Shown piece after piece: positions 1 through 8,944 of a stretch of DNA of 64,000 nucleotides. The translations under genes and the position numbers were made by a program. Below the pieces are notes generated by a model. It was not told the origin of the DNA. It saw only the letters and a program-made list of their open reading frames with translations, and did not search any database. The stretch's first letter is position 1. Every line of letters starts with the position of its first letter. The DNA comes from Alphaproteobacteria bacterium (GTDB lineage Bacteria; Pseudomonadota; Alphaproteobacteria; UBA828): positions 384,001 to 448,000 of the forward strand of contig CBDCRW010000006.1 in assembly GCA_965221125.1 (NCBI GenBank), in the 5' to 3' direction.

Positions 1-11
1 TGGCGACGCCG

Positions 12-2798
12 GTGCGCGAAAGCCTGGTGGGGATCGGCGTCTGGAAGCCCGTAGCGGTCGCAGGCGTGCTGTGGGCCGGCTACGAGGTCGCGCTTGGCTA
101 CTTCCCCGAGGCCGACATCTTCGGCGAGGTCTATATCCGCCGCGTCATCATCCTCCTGCTGATCTTCCTCGGCGCCCTTCCCCTGCTGCGCCTGCAGGGC
201 GCCTATTTCGCGGTCGCAAGCTGGCTGATCGCGGCCGCGGTGGGCTCGATCTTCAATGAGTGGAAAGTGGTCGGCGCCGGCGGCGGCATGCAGATCAAGA
301 CCGATGCCACGCAGATCGAGATGTATTACGCCGGCCTCGGCCTGCTGGTGTTCGCGACCGTGGTGATCGCGCGCCTGCTCAAGAGCCGCTACGGGCTCGC
401 GCTGACCGCAGTGCGCGACGACGAGGAGGCGGCGCGGACGGCCGGCATCGATATCCGCAAGGTGAAGCTGATCGTCTTCGTGGTCGCCGGCGGACTCAGC
501 GGCCTCGCGGCGGGTCTCTTCTACATTGACGCCGTGATCATCACGCCGCCGGCCGCGTTCACGATCTTCTGGTCGGCCTATTTCGTCTTCATCGTCGTCG
601 CCGGCGGCATGGGAACGCTGGCCGGCCCCATCGTCGGCGCCGCGATCTTCGTCGTCGTCGACCGCGTGCTGTCCGGCGTCACCGAGTATCCGCTGCTGGT
701 GCTGGGAATCGCTGCCGTGGTCATCATCTTCGTGATGCCGCGGGGCGCCATGGGCATCGTCAATGCGCTGCGGCACCTGGACGATTCCGCGACCGGCCGC
801 AACGAGCTGCTCGAAGCCCTCGGCATCGGCGACCGCCTGCAGCGCTCCCTGTTCTTCGCCAGGCGGCGCGACACGAAGCCGGGGGTGGTGGCGGCCTTGC
901 TGGTTCCGGGCAGCCCCCTGCCGCTGCTCGCCCGCGACAATCCGCCGTGGACCGAGATCGCGGGCGCTTTCGAGGAGGCGTCCGCCGCCCTGCACGAGGC
1001 CAGGCCCGACGTCATCCTCGTCTACTCGACCCAGTGGCTCGCCGTTCTCGACCAGCCGTGGCAGACCCGGCCGCGTGTCCGCGGCCTCCACGTCGACGAG
1101 AACTGGTACGAGTACGGCGAGATCGACTACGACTTCGAGATCGACACCGAGCTGGCGGAGGCGTGCATCGCAGGCTGCCGCTCGCTCGGGATCAAGGCGC
1201 GCGGCGTCAACTATGACGGCTTCCCGATCGATACGGGCAGCATCGTCGCCAACCGCTTCCTCAACCCCGATGGCGCCTGCGCCGTCGTCATGGCGGCGAA
1301 CAACCTCTATCACGACTGGGAGCAGACGCTGAAGCTGGGGGAGATGGCGGCGAACCAGGCGGTGCGTCTCGGCCGCCGGGTCGCCGTCGTCGGCGTCGGC
1401 GGCCTGTCGGGCTCTGCGTTCAGGCACGAGATCGATCCTGCGGACGATCGCATCGCCAGCGAGAGCGAAGACGCGTGGAACCGGCGGATGCTCGACATGA
1501 TGGCCAAGGGCGATGCCTCGGCCATGAAGGCGCTGATCGCCGACTATGCGCGCGAGGCCCGCGCGGACATGGGCTTCAAGCACTTCGCCTGGGTGCTGGG
1601 CGCCATCGGAGGCCGCTTCCACAGCGCCACGGTCCACGCCTACGGCCCGACCTACGGAAGCGGCGCGGCGGTGGTGGAGTTTCACGCCGGCGAAGAGCAG
1701 GCGGCTCTCGCGGCGACGCGGCAACGCCGCCGTCGGCGGCAGGCGCAGCGGGAGCAAGCCGCGCAAGCCAGGTCGCGGAACGACGCCGGCGCCGGACGGA
1801 GACCTCTCCTGCGCTGGCTCCGGGCGGGTTCGCGTCTCGCGGCACCGGCCGATCACCCGCCAGCGGTGCCTGCGACGACGCCTGCTGCGCCTTCGCCGCT
1901 TCCCGCGCGCCGGCAGGCTGCGACGCGGACGGGCCCCGCTCTCTACCGCTCGTTCCGCACGCAAGCCGAGATCGACGCGCAGTATGACGTCGAGAGCAGC
2001 GTGCCGGATTTCGGCCGCTACGTGGATTTCTTCCTCTCCAACAGCGCGCGCGTGCGCGCGGCGCTCAGACCCCGGCTCGACGTGCCCTTCGGCCCGACGA
2101 CCGCCGAGACCCTCGATATCTATCCGGCGGCGCGGGCCGATGCGCCGATCCATATGTTCATTCACGGCGGCTATTGGCACTCGCTCAGCAGCAAGGAGTT
2201 CAGCTTCGTGGCCGAGGGCCTGGTCGCGGCGGGGGTGACGGTGGTGATCAACAACTACGCGCTCTGCCCGGAGGTCACGATCACGGAAATCGTGCGTCAG
2301 AACCGCGCCGCGCTCGCGTGGCTCTACCGCAATGCCGCAACCTTCGGCGGCAACCGGAGCCGCCTCCATGTATCGGGGCATTCGGCCGGCGGCCATCTGA
2401 CGGCCATGTTGCTCGCGACCGATTGGGAGCGCGATTTCGGCCTGCCGCCCGACCTCGTGAAGGGGGGCACCGCGATCAGCGGGCTGTTCGACCTCGAGCC
2501 CTTCGTTCACTCATGGCTGCAGCCCAAGCTGCGCCTGACCGACGACGAAATCGACCGGATGAGCCCGATCCGGCACATCCCGGACCGTGCGTCGCCCCTG
2601 ATCGTCACGTTCGGCGGCGACGAATCCGCGGAGTTTCGCCGCCAGTCCGAGAGCTTCCTCGCCGCCTGGACCGGGAAGGGCCTCGACGGCCGCTATCTCG
2701 ATCTGCCCGGCCGCAACCACTTCACCGTGCTCGAGGACTACATGGACCCCGACAGCCCCCTCTGCCGCTCGATCCTGCGCCAAATGGGCATCGCTTGA
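12..2798 (+). CDS. Fusion: LivM-type ABC permease + 2-aminophenol 1,6-dioxygenase alpha-subunit-like (LigB fold) + arylformamidase-like alpha/beta hydrolase; probably 5'-truncated by the window edge
   Basis: N-terminal TM helices with LRLQGAYFAVAS, AVRDDEEAA and GGMGTLAGPIVGA; middle domain LLVPGSPLP...YSTQWLAVLDQ...HVDENWYE...GFPIDTG...NNLYH...DMGFKH; C-terminal FIHGGYW, GHSAGGHL and NHF. No in-frame stop. Confidence 0.85.
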   Translation: MRESLVGIGVWKPVAVAGVLWAGYEVALGYFPEADIFGEVYIRRVIILLLIFLGALPLLRLQGAYFAVASWLIAAAVGSIFNEWKVVGAGGGMQIKTDATQIEMYYAGLGLLVFATVVIARLLKSRYGLALTAVRDDEEAARTAGIDIRKVKLIVFVVAGGLSGLAAGLFYIDAVIITPPAAFTIFWSAYFVFIVVAGGMGTLAGPIVGAAIFVVVDRVLSGVTEYPLLVLGIAAVVIIFVMPRGAMGIVNALRHLDDSATGRNELLEALGIGDRLQRSLFFARRRDTKPGVVAALLVPGSPLPLLARDNPPWTEIAGAFEEASAALHEARPDVILVYSTQWLAVLDQPWQTRPRVRGLHVDENWYEYGEIDYDFEIDTELAEACIAGCRSLGIKARGVNYDGFPIDTGSIVANRFLNPDGACAVVMAANNLYHDWEQTLKLGEMAANQAVRLGRRVAVVGVGGLSGSAFRHEIDPADDRIASESEDAWNRRMLDMMAKGDASAMKALIADYAREARADMGFKHFAWVLGAIGGRFHSATVHAYGPTYGSGAAVVEFHAGEEQAALAATRQRRRRRQAQREQAAQARSRNDAGAGRRPLLRWLRAGSRLAAPADHPPAVPATTPAAPSPLPARRQAATRTGPALYRSFRTQAEIDAQYDVESSVPDFGRYVDFFLSNSARVRAALRPRLDVPFGPTTAETLDIYPAARADAPIHMFIHGGYWHSLSSKEFSFVAEGLVAAGVTVVINNYALCPEVTITEIVRQNRAALAWLYRNAATFGGNRSRLHVSGHSAGGHLTAMLLATDWERDFGLPPDLVKGGTAISGLFDLEPFVHSWLQPKLRLTDDEIDRMSPIRHIPDRASPLIVTFGGDESAEFRRQSESFLAAWTGKGLDGRYLDLPGRNHFTVLEDYMDPDSPLCRSILRQMGIA

Positions 2799-2969
2799 GC
2801 GCGCGCTGTTCCGGTGGGCCCCGTTGACAGTGCCTGGAAACTAGTATGTCATCGCGGCAACGAATACGAATGCAAGAACAGGGGAGCGCGGCGGCCGGCG
2901 AGTGCGCCGTGCGGGGTGAGAACGAGGCTGTAATGCCCCACGGGCTGGAGAGAGGGCTTAGGAGAAACG

Positions 2970-3965
2970 ATGGCTAACGGGCGTGGCGCCCAGGGTGCAG
3001 CCGCGGCGCCGTCGAGAGGCGGTGTGGGCAGCGCGGTGCAGCTGTTTCTGTTGCGGTGGGGGCTTGTCATCTTCCTCGTGTTCCTCATCGTACTGTTCTC
3101 CATCCTCGAACCCCGGTTCCTCACCCTCACAAACTTTCAGAACATCATGCGCCAGGCCGCTCCACTGGCCTTGCTGGCGTGCGGGCAGGCGGTGGCGCTA
3201 ATCGCCGGCGGGGTCGACGTATCGGTCGGCTCCATCATCGCGCTGAGCAGCGTGGGGATGGTTCACACGGTCTGGACCCTCGGTGTCGTGCCGGGGATCA
3301 TCGCCGCGATCCTGATCGGCGGCATGATCGGGGCCGTCAACGGCACGATCATCGCCGTCTGGTCCGTCAACGCCTTCATCGTCACGCTCGCCATGATGAC
3401 GACGATTCGGGGCGTGGCCCTGGAGGTCACAGGCGGGATTCCCCTGTACGACAACATCCCCGGGGGCATGCTCTATCTCGGGAACGGGCATGTCGGGCCG
3501 GTGCCGTTCGCAGTCTTCGTCAGCGTGCTGGGCTTCGCGATCCTGTACTACTTCCTGCGGCTGACGCCGGCAGGGCGCGAGACCTACGCGCTCGGCGGCA
3601 ACCGGGAAGCGGCGCGGCTCTCCGGCGTGAGGATCATGCCGACGACGATCCGTGCCTACGTGATCAGCGGGCTGTTCGCGGGCGCTGCCGGCGCGGTCTA
3701 TACCTCGCGCGGCGGCATCGGCGCCCCCAACATGGGAGCGGGCGTGGAACTCGACGCCATCGCGGCGGCGGTCATCGGCGGGGTGGCCTTCGGCGGAGGC
3801 GAGGGACGGGTGATGGGCGTCATCGTCGGCGTTCTCATTCTCGCCATCATCAAGAACGGCCTCAACCTCTACAACGTGTCGTCTTTCGTTCAGCTCATTG
3901 TCATCGGCCTCATCATCGTCGCGGCCATCGTGGTCGACCGCTACCGCCACCGCGCCGATGCCTGA
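2970..3965 (+). CDS. Sugar-type ABC transporter permease (RbsC family)
   Basis: GGVDVSVGS, GGNREAARLSG, ELDAIAAAVIGG; hydrophobic; GGAG SD upstream. Confidence 0.92.
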   Translation: MANGRGAQGAAAAPSRGGVGSAVQLFLLRWGLVIFLVFLIVLFSILEPRFLTLTNFQNIMRQAAPLALLACGQAVALIAGGVDVSVGSIIALSSVGMVHTVWTLGVVPGIIAAILIGGMIGAVNGTIIAVWSVNAFIVTLAMMTTIRGVALEVTGGIPLYDNIPGGMLYLGNGHVGPVPFAVFVSVLGFAILYYFLRLTPAGRETYALGGNREAARLSGVRIMPTTIRAYVISGLFAGAAGAVYTSRGGIGAPNMGAGVELDAIAAAVIGGVAFGGGEGRVMGVIVGVLILAIIKNGLNLYNVSSFVQLIVIGLIIVAAIVVDRYRHRADA

Positions 3966-3999
3966 GAATGTTTCAGCAACCACAGATGGGGAGAGTTTG

Positions 4000-5148
4000 A
4001 TGCGTACAAGAAAGTCGATCTACGGCACCGGCACCGGGCTGATTGCCGCCGGGCTGATTGCCGCCGGTCTGCTGGCCGTGCCGGCACTGAGCGGCACCGC
4101 ACCGGCAGTGGCCGAGGATGGTCTCGAACGCAGCGTGACGGTGGAGGAGTACCACGCCCTCTACGGCGCCACGCCGACCGGCAAGTGGGTCCTGCGCGAC
4201 GGCGAGGACATCGAATGGTGGACACCGAAGCCATCCAAGAAATACCACCTGGCGATGGCGATCCCGCACGTGCGTGATCCCTACTGGGTGGCGGTCGCCT
4301 ACGGCGCCTACGAGGCCGCGAAGGAGCTGGGCGCGCGCCTGGATCTGCGCCCGGCCGGCGGCTACATGAAGCTCGGCGTGATGATGGCCGACATCGAGGA
4401 CCTGATCGCGCGCGGCGTCGACGGACTGGTGATATCGGCGGTCGACTACTCTGCCGTGGCCGTGCAGGTGAAGAAGGCGTGGGACGCGGGGATCCCGACG
4501 ACGAGTGCCCTGATCCCGACGGCTTACGAAGGGGCGCCCGGCGTTTCGATCGACGACTACGAGACGGGCGTCGTCCAGGCCAAGCTCGCTGCCGAGCGGC
4601 TGGCGCCGGACACCAAGATCTTCATGCTGAACGGTCCCCCCGGCGTCGAGTGGGGCAAGGTCCGGGCGCAGGGCTTCAAGGAAACCCTGGCGGAGCTGGC
4701 GCCGACCATGGAGATCCTCGGCGAGCGCTACCATGAGATGGACCGGACGATCGCCCAGCAGTTGACCGAGGACGCGCTGGCGACCTGGCCGGACATGAAG
4801 CTCATCTATTGCACCGCCGACTTCCAGTGCAAGGGCGCGATCTCCGCGCTGCGTGCCGCCGGCAAGAAGCCGGGCGATGTCTGGGTGACGGGCGTCCACA
4901 TGGACGAGGAGTCGATCGCGCTGCTCAAGGAGGGGTGGTTCGCCTGGGGCCTCAGCGAAGGGGCCTGTCTCGAGGGCAAGTACGCCGTTCGCATGCTGGT
5001 GAACATCCTCGAGGGCAATCCGGTGCCGAAGACGATGCTTGTCCCAATTCGCGCTTACACGCAGGAGAACATCGAATCCTTCGGATCGCTGGTTGGCGTC
5101 GACTGGGCCGCTCCGGGATGGACACCCGGCAGCACGCTCGTGGAATGA
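4000..5148 (+). CDS. Periplasmic binding protein, sugar-type/TorT-like
   Basis: Signal peptide; IPHVRDPYWVAVAYG, GVDGLVISAVD and RAQGF; ATG at 4000 after GGGGAG. Confidence 0.85.
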   Translation: MRTRKSIYGTGTGLIAAGLIAAGLLAVPALSGTAPAVAEDGLERSVTVEEYHALYGATPTGKWVLRDGEDIEWWTPKPSKKYHLAMAIPHVRDPYWVAVAYGAYEAAKELGARLDLRPAGGYMKLGVMMADIEDLIARGVDGLVISAVDYSAVAVQVKKAWDAGIPTTSALIPTAYEGAPGVSIDDYETGVVQAKLAAERLAPDTKIFMLNGPPGVEWGKVRAQGFKETLAELAPTMEILGERYHEMDRTIAQQLTEDALATWPDMKLIYCTADFQCKGAISALRAAGKKPGDVWVTGVHMDEESIALLKEGWFAWGLSEGACLEGKYAVRMLVNILEGNPVPKTMLVPIRAYTQENIESFGSLVGVDWAAPGWTPGSTLVE

Positions 5149-5155
5149 AGCGAGG

Positions 5156-5190
5156 CCGAGGGCCCGGTCGGCCACGGGCCGGGCCCTCGG
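5156..5190 (+). terminator. GC-rich stem-loop between the binding-protein and ATPase genes (mRNA-stabilising or attenuating hairpin)
   Basis: CCGAGGGCCCGG ... CCGGGCCCTCGG 12-bp inverted repeat; no U-tract. Confidence 0.5.
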
Positions 5191-5298
5191 TTCAACCGTG
5201 CCTGTCCGGTTAGCACAGACACCTGCCATACGTAGGGAGCCCCCACTCGCCGGACCCGAGAGGCGAGCGGGCGGGCGTGCAACATCGGAGGAGCAGCC

Positions 5299-6798
5299 AT
5301 GACCGGCGAAAACGGCGCCGCCCTCCTCCGAATGGGGAACATCGAAAAGTGGTTCCACGCGGTTCACGCGCTTGACGGCGTCGACTTCGAGCTGCGCGCG
5401 GGCGAGATCCACGTCCTCCTGGGGCAGAACGGCGCCGGCAAGTCGACCCTGATCAAGATTCTGTCCGGCGCCGAGGAGATGGATTCGGGCATCATCTCCA
5501 TCAGCGGCACACCCACGACGATCCGCTCGCCAATTCACGCGCGAGACCTCGGCATCTGCACGGTCTATCAGGAGTTCGTGCTGATCCCCCAGCTCACCGT
5601 GGCGGAGAACATCCTCCTCGGGCGCCGCATCCTGAAGCGCGGCATCGTCGACTGGTCCAGCATGTATCGGCTTGCCACGGAGATTCTCGAGCGGCTGGGG
5701 TTCAACATCAGCGTGCGCGAGCGGGTCGGCCGTTTGTCCGTCCACGAGCAGCAGGTCGTCGAGATTGCGCGCGCGCTTGCTCACGACGCGAAGATCCTGG
5801 TCCTGGACGAGCCGACCGCTGCGCTTACCGATCGGGAGACCGAGCGTCTGTTCGAGATTCTCCAGGGCCTGCGCAAATCGGGTGTCGGCATCATCTACAT
5901 CTCGCACAACCTGGGCGAGGTCGAGCGCATCGGCGACCGCGCAACCGTGCTGCGCGACGGGCAAACCGTGGCGACCGTCGATCTGCGGACGACCTCGATC
6001 GATGAGCTGCCGCGCCTCATGATCGGCCAGAACATCAAGGAGCCCTTCCCCAAGCTCGACGTCGACAGGGGCGACGTCGTCCTGCGGGTGACGGACTGCA
6101 GTGACGCCGACAACCGCTTCAAGGATGTCAGTTTCGACTTGCACGCTGGCGAAATCGTCTCTTTTGCAGGGCTCCTGGGCTCCGGGAGCGAGAGCTTCGT
6201 GCGCGCTCTGCTCGGTCTCGGCAGGCACCCGTCCGGGGCGATAGAGCTGCTCGGCAAGCCTTACAGGATCGGCTCGCCCGCCACCGCGATCGGCTCAGGG
6301 GTCTTCTATCTTCCCGCCGACCGCAAGACCGAGGGCCTGGTGCTGCCCATGTCGGTCCTCGACAACAGCACGCTGGCCTCGCTGCGGCGATTCTTCTCCG
6401 CTGGAGTCCTCTCGATCGCCAAGCAGCGCGAAGACAGCCGAATCCACAGGGACAAGCTCGATATCAAGACCGCCTCGCTGGCGACGCGGTCGCGGAACCT
6501 GAGCGGCGGCAATCAGCAGAAGGTCATGATCGCCCGGGCGCTGAGCGCCAGGTCGAAGGTGATCATTTTCAACGAGCCGACCCGCGGCGTCGACATCAAG
6601 GGGAAGGTCGAAATCTACCGGCTGCTCAGCGAACTGGCCGCCGAGGGCGCCGGGATCATTTTCATCAGCCAGGAGCTTTCGGAAATGATCGGCATCAGCG
6701 ACCGGATCATGATCTGGCGCGATGGCGCAATCGTCCAGACCTTGGATCAGGCCGGCGCCACCAAGGAGAAGGTGCTCAGCCTGATCGCCGGGGCATGA
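5299..6798 (+). CDS. Sugar ABC transporter ATP-binding protein (RbsA/MglA type, two NBDs)
   Basis: GQNGAGKST, LVLDEPT, LSGGNQQK, NEPTRGVD. Confidence 0.95.
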   Translation: MTGENGAALLRMGNIEKWFHAVHALDGVDFELRAGEIHVLLGQNGAGKSTLIKILSGAEEMDSGIISISGTPTTIRSPIHARDLGICTVYQEFVLIPQLTVAENILLGRRILKRGIVDWSSMYRLATEILERLGFNISVRERVGRLSVHEQQVVEIARALAHDAKILVLDEPTAALTDRETERLFEILQGLRKSGVGIIYISHNLGEVERIGDRATVLRDGQTVATVDLRTTSIDELPRLMIGQNIKEPFPKLDVDRGDVVLRVTDCSDADNRFKDVSFDLHAGEIVSFAGLLGSGSESFVRALLGLGRHPSGAIELLGKPYRIGSPATAIGSGVFYLPADRKTEGLVLPMSVLDNSTLASLRRFFSAGVLSIAKQREDSRIHRDKLDIKTASLATRSRNLSGGNQQKVMIARALSARSKVIIFNEPTRGVDIKGKVEIYRLLSELAAEGAGIIFISQELSEMIGISDRIMIWRDGAIVQTLDQAGATKEKVLSLIAGA

Positions 6799-6859
6799 AG
6801 GTGGACCCGACCACGAACCGCAGCCGCGTCAGCATTCCGCACGAGAGGCAGTTCCGCTC

Positions 6860-8944
6860 ATGAGCACCATGGGAGTCGATACCGGCGGCACCTTCACCGA
6901 CCTGATCTACCTGCGCGACGACAGCGGAATCGAGGTGGCCAAGCGCCCCTCGACGCCACCCGATTTCTCGGCCGGCGTCATCGACGTGGTGGAGGCCGTC
7001 GACAAGGGCCGCAACGTGCTGCGCGACCTGGACTATTTCTATCACGGCACCACCGTGGCGACGAACGCCATGATTACCGGATCCGGCGCCAAGATCGGGT
7101 TCATCACCACCGCCGGGCACCGCGACGTGCTGCCGATGATGCGGATCATCGGCCGGTCCACCGGCCTCTCCGAAATCGAGCTGAAGCAGTATTCCTACAG
7201 CGACAAGCCGACGCCGATCGTGCCCAAGACCCGGATAAAGGAGGTGCACGAGCGGATCGACTACAAGGGGTCGGTCGTGCTGCCGCTCAACGAGGCGAGC
7301 GCCCGCAAGGCCGTGCGCGAGCTCGAGGCAGATGGCGTGCAGGCGATCGGCGTCTGCTTCCTGTGGTCGTTCAAGAACCGCAGCCACGAACGACGCATGC
7401 GGGAGATCATCCTCGAGGAGGCGCCCGACATGCACGTGTCGATCTCGAGCGACATCGTGCCGGCAATGAAGGAGTACGAGCGCTCGGCGACGACGGCGGT
7501 GAACGCGCATGTCGCGCCGCTGCTGACCAGCTACCTGTCCAGGCTGCAGGGCTCGCTCCGCGACCGCGGCCTCGACTCACCGCTCCTGGTGATGCAGTCC
7601 ATGGGCGGCGCCATGCGTGCGTCCGACTCGGAGCTTCGCTCGGTCAACACGCTCTCCTCGGGCCCGGCCGGCGGCATCGTCGCCGCGAAGTTCCTCGGCA
7701 ACCTGCTGGGGCATCGGAACATCATCGGCGCCGATGTCGGCGGCACCAGTTTCGATGTCGGCCTCATCTCTGACGGCGAGCCGATCATCACGTCCACCTC
7801 GACGGTCAACCAGTACACGCTGCTTGCGCCCACCATCGACATCGTCTCGATCGGCGCCGGCGGGGGCTCGATCGCCTGGGCGGATCTGGGCCGGCTCAAG
7901 GTTGGCCCGATGAGCGCCGGCGCCGATCCCGGCCCTGCCTGCTACGGACGCGGCGGCGACGATCCGACCGTTACCGATGCCGACGTCGTGCTCGGCTACA
8001 TCGACCCGGATTACTTCCTGGGCGGCGATTTCAAGCTCGACCGCAGGCTCGCCCAGGACGCGATCGAGAGGAAGATCGCCAAGCCTCTCGGCATCAGCGT
8101 CCGCGACGCCGCCTCCGGCATCATCGAGATCGTGAACCACCACATGTCGGATCTCATCCGCAAGATGACGATCGAACGCGGGTACGACCCGCGAGATTTC
8201 GTGGTCTATGGCTTCGGGGGCGCCGGCCCGCTGCATGGCGGCGCATTCGGCCGCGAGCTTGGTGTCAAGGAGGTCGTCTTCCCGCTCGGCAACATCTCCG
8301 CCGCCTTCTCCGCATTGGGGCTTGCGGTGTCGGACCTCACAACGGTGACCCAGCTCTCGGACCTCGCCCTGGCGCCGTTCGATCCGGCAACCGCAGGCCG
8401 GCATTTCAAGACGCTCGAAGCGGAAGCGGTCGAGAACCTCAGGGGCGGGGGCGGCAAGCGCGGCGAGATTACGCTCCAGCGCATTGTCGAGCTTCGTTAC
8501 AAGGGCCAGGTCCACCAGGTGGACACGCCGGTCCTCGGCGGGAAGGTCACCGCCGGGACCCTGGAGGCCGCGATCGAGGAGTTCGAGCGCCGCTACGAGC
8601 GGCTGTACGGGCGGGGCTCCGGCTTCCGCGAGGCGGGGATCGAGCTGGTGACCTACCGCGTTCTCGGCACGGCCCACATCCAGGATGCGTCTCTGCAAAA
8701 GAAGGCGGCGCGCAAACGTGACCCGGCGGCGGCTCGCGTCGGGTCCGAGAATCTCTACTGGCGCGAGGTCGACCAGGTGGTCAAGACGGACATCTACGGC
8801 AGCAAGATCGCACCCGGCATGGCGTTCGACGGCCCCGCCGTCATTCGGTTCGAGGCGACCACGGCGCTGGTTCACCCCGGCCAGCGCGCCCGCATCGATG
8901 CCTACGGCAATGTCCGAATCACGAACACGGGAGCAGGGAAATGA
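6860..8944 (+). CDS. Hydantoinase A / oxoprolinase / AcxA-like ATP-binding subunit
   Basis: GVDTGGTFTD, HGTTVATNA, SGPAGG, DVGGTSFD, SAGADPGPACY, FGGAGPLH. Confidence 0.93.
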   Translation: MSTMGVDTGGTFTDLIYLRDDSGIEVAKRPSTPPDFSAGVIDVVEAVDKGRNVLRDLDYFYHGTTVATNAMITGSGAKIGFITTAGHRDVLPMMRIIGRSTGLSEIELKQYSYSDKPTPIVPKTRIKEVHERIDYKGSVVLPLNEASARKAVRELEADGVQAIGVCFLWSFKNRSHERRMREIILEEAPDMHVSISSDIVPAMKEYERSATTAVNAHVAPLLTSYLSRLQGSLRDRGLDSPLLVMQSMGGAMRASDSELRSVNTLSSGPAGGIVAAKFLGNLLGHRNIIGADVGGTSFDVGLISDGEPIITSTSTVNQYTLLAPTIDIVSIGAGGGSIAWADLGRLKVGPMSAGADPGPACYGRGGDDPTVTDADVVLGYIDPDYFLGGDFKLDRRLAQDAIERKIAKPLGISVRDAASGIIEIVNHHMSDLIRKMTIERGYDPRDFVVYGFGGAGPLHGGAFGRELGVKEVVFPLGNISAAFSALGLAVSDLTTVTQLSDLALAPFDPATAGRHFKTLEAEAVENLRGGGGKRGEITLQRIVELRYKGQVHQVDTPVLGGKVTAGTLEAAIEEFERRYERLYGRGSGFREAGIELVTYRVLGTAHIQDASLQKKAARKRDPAAARVGSENLYWREVDQVVKTDIYGSKIAPGMAFDGPAVIRFEATTALVHPGQRARIDAYGNVRITNTGAGK

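Noticed and set aside
2824-2852. TTGACA sigma70 promoter before the sugar ABC operon
   Set aside because: The -35 is perfect but there is no convincing -10 at 16-18 bp spacing.
4036-4066. 15-bp tandem duplication GGGCTGATTGCCGCC
   Set aside because: In-frame GLIAA duplication inside a signal peptide; trivial.
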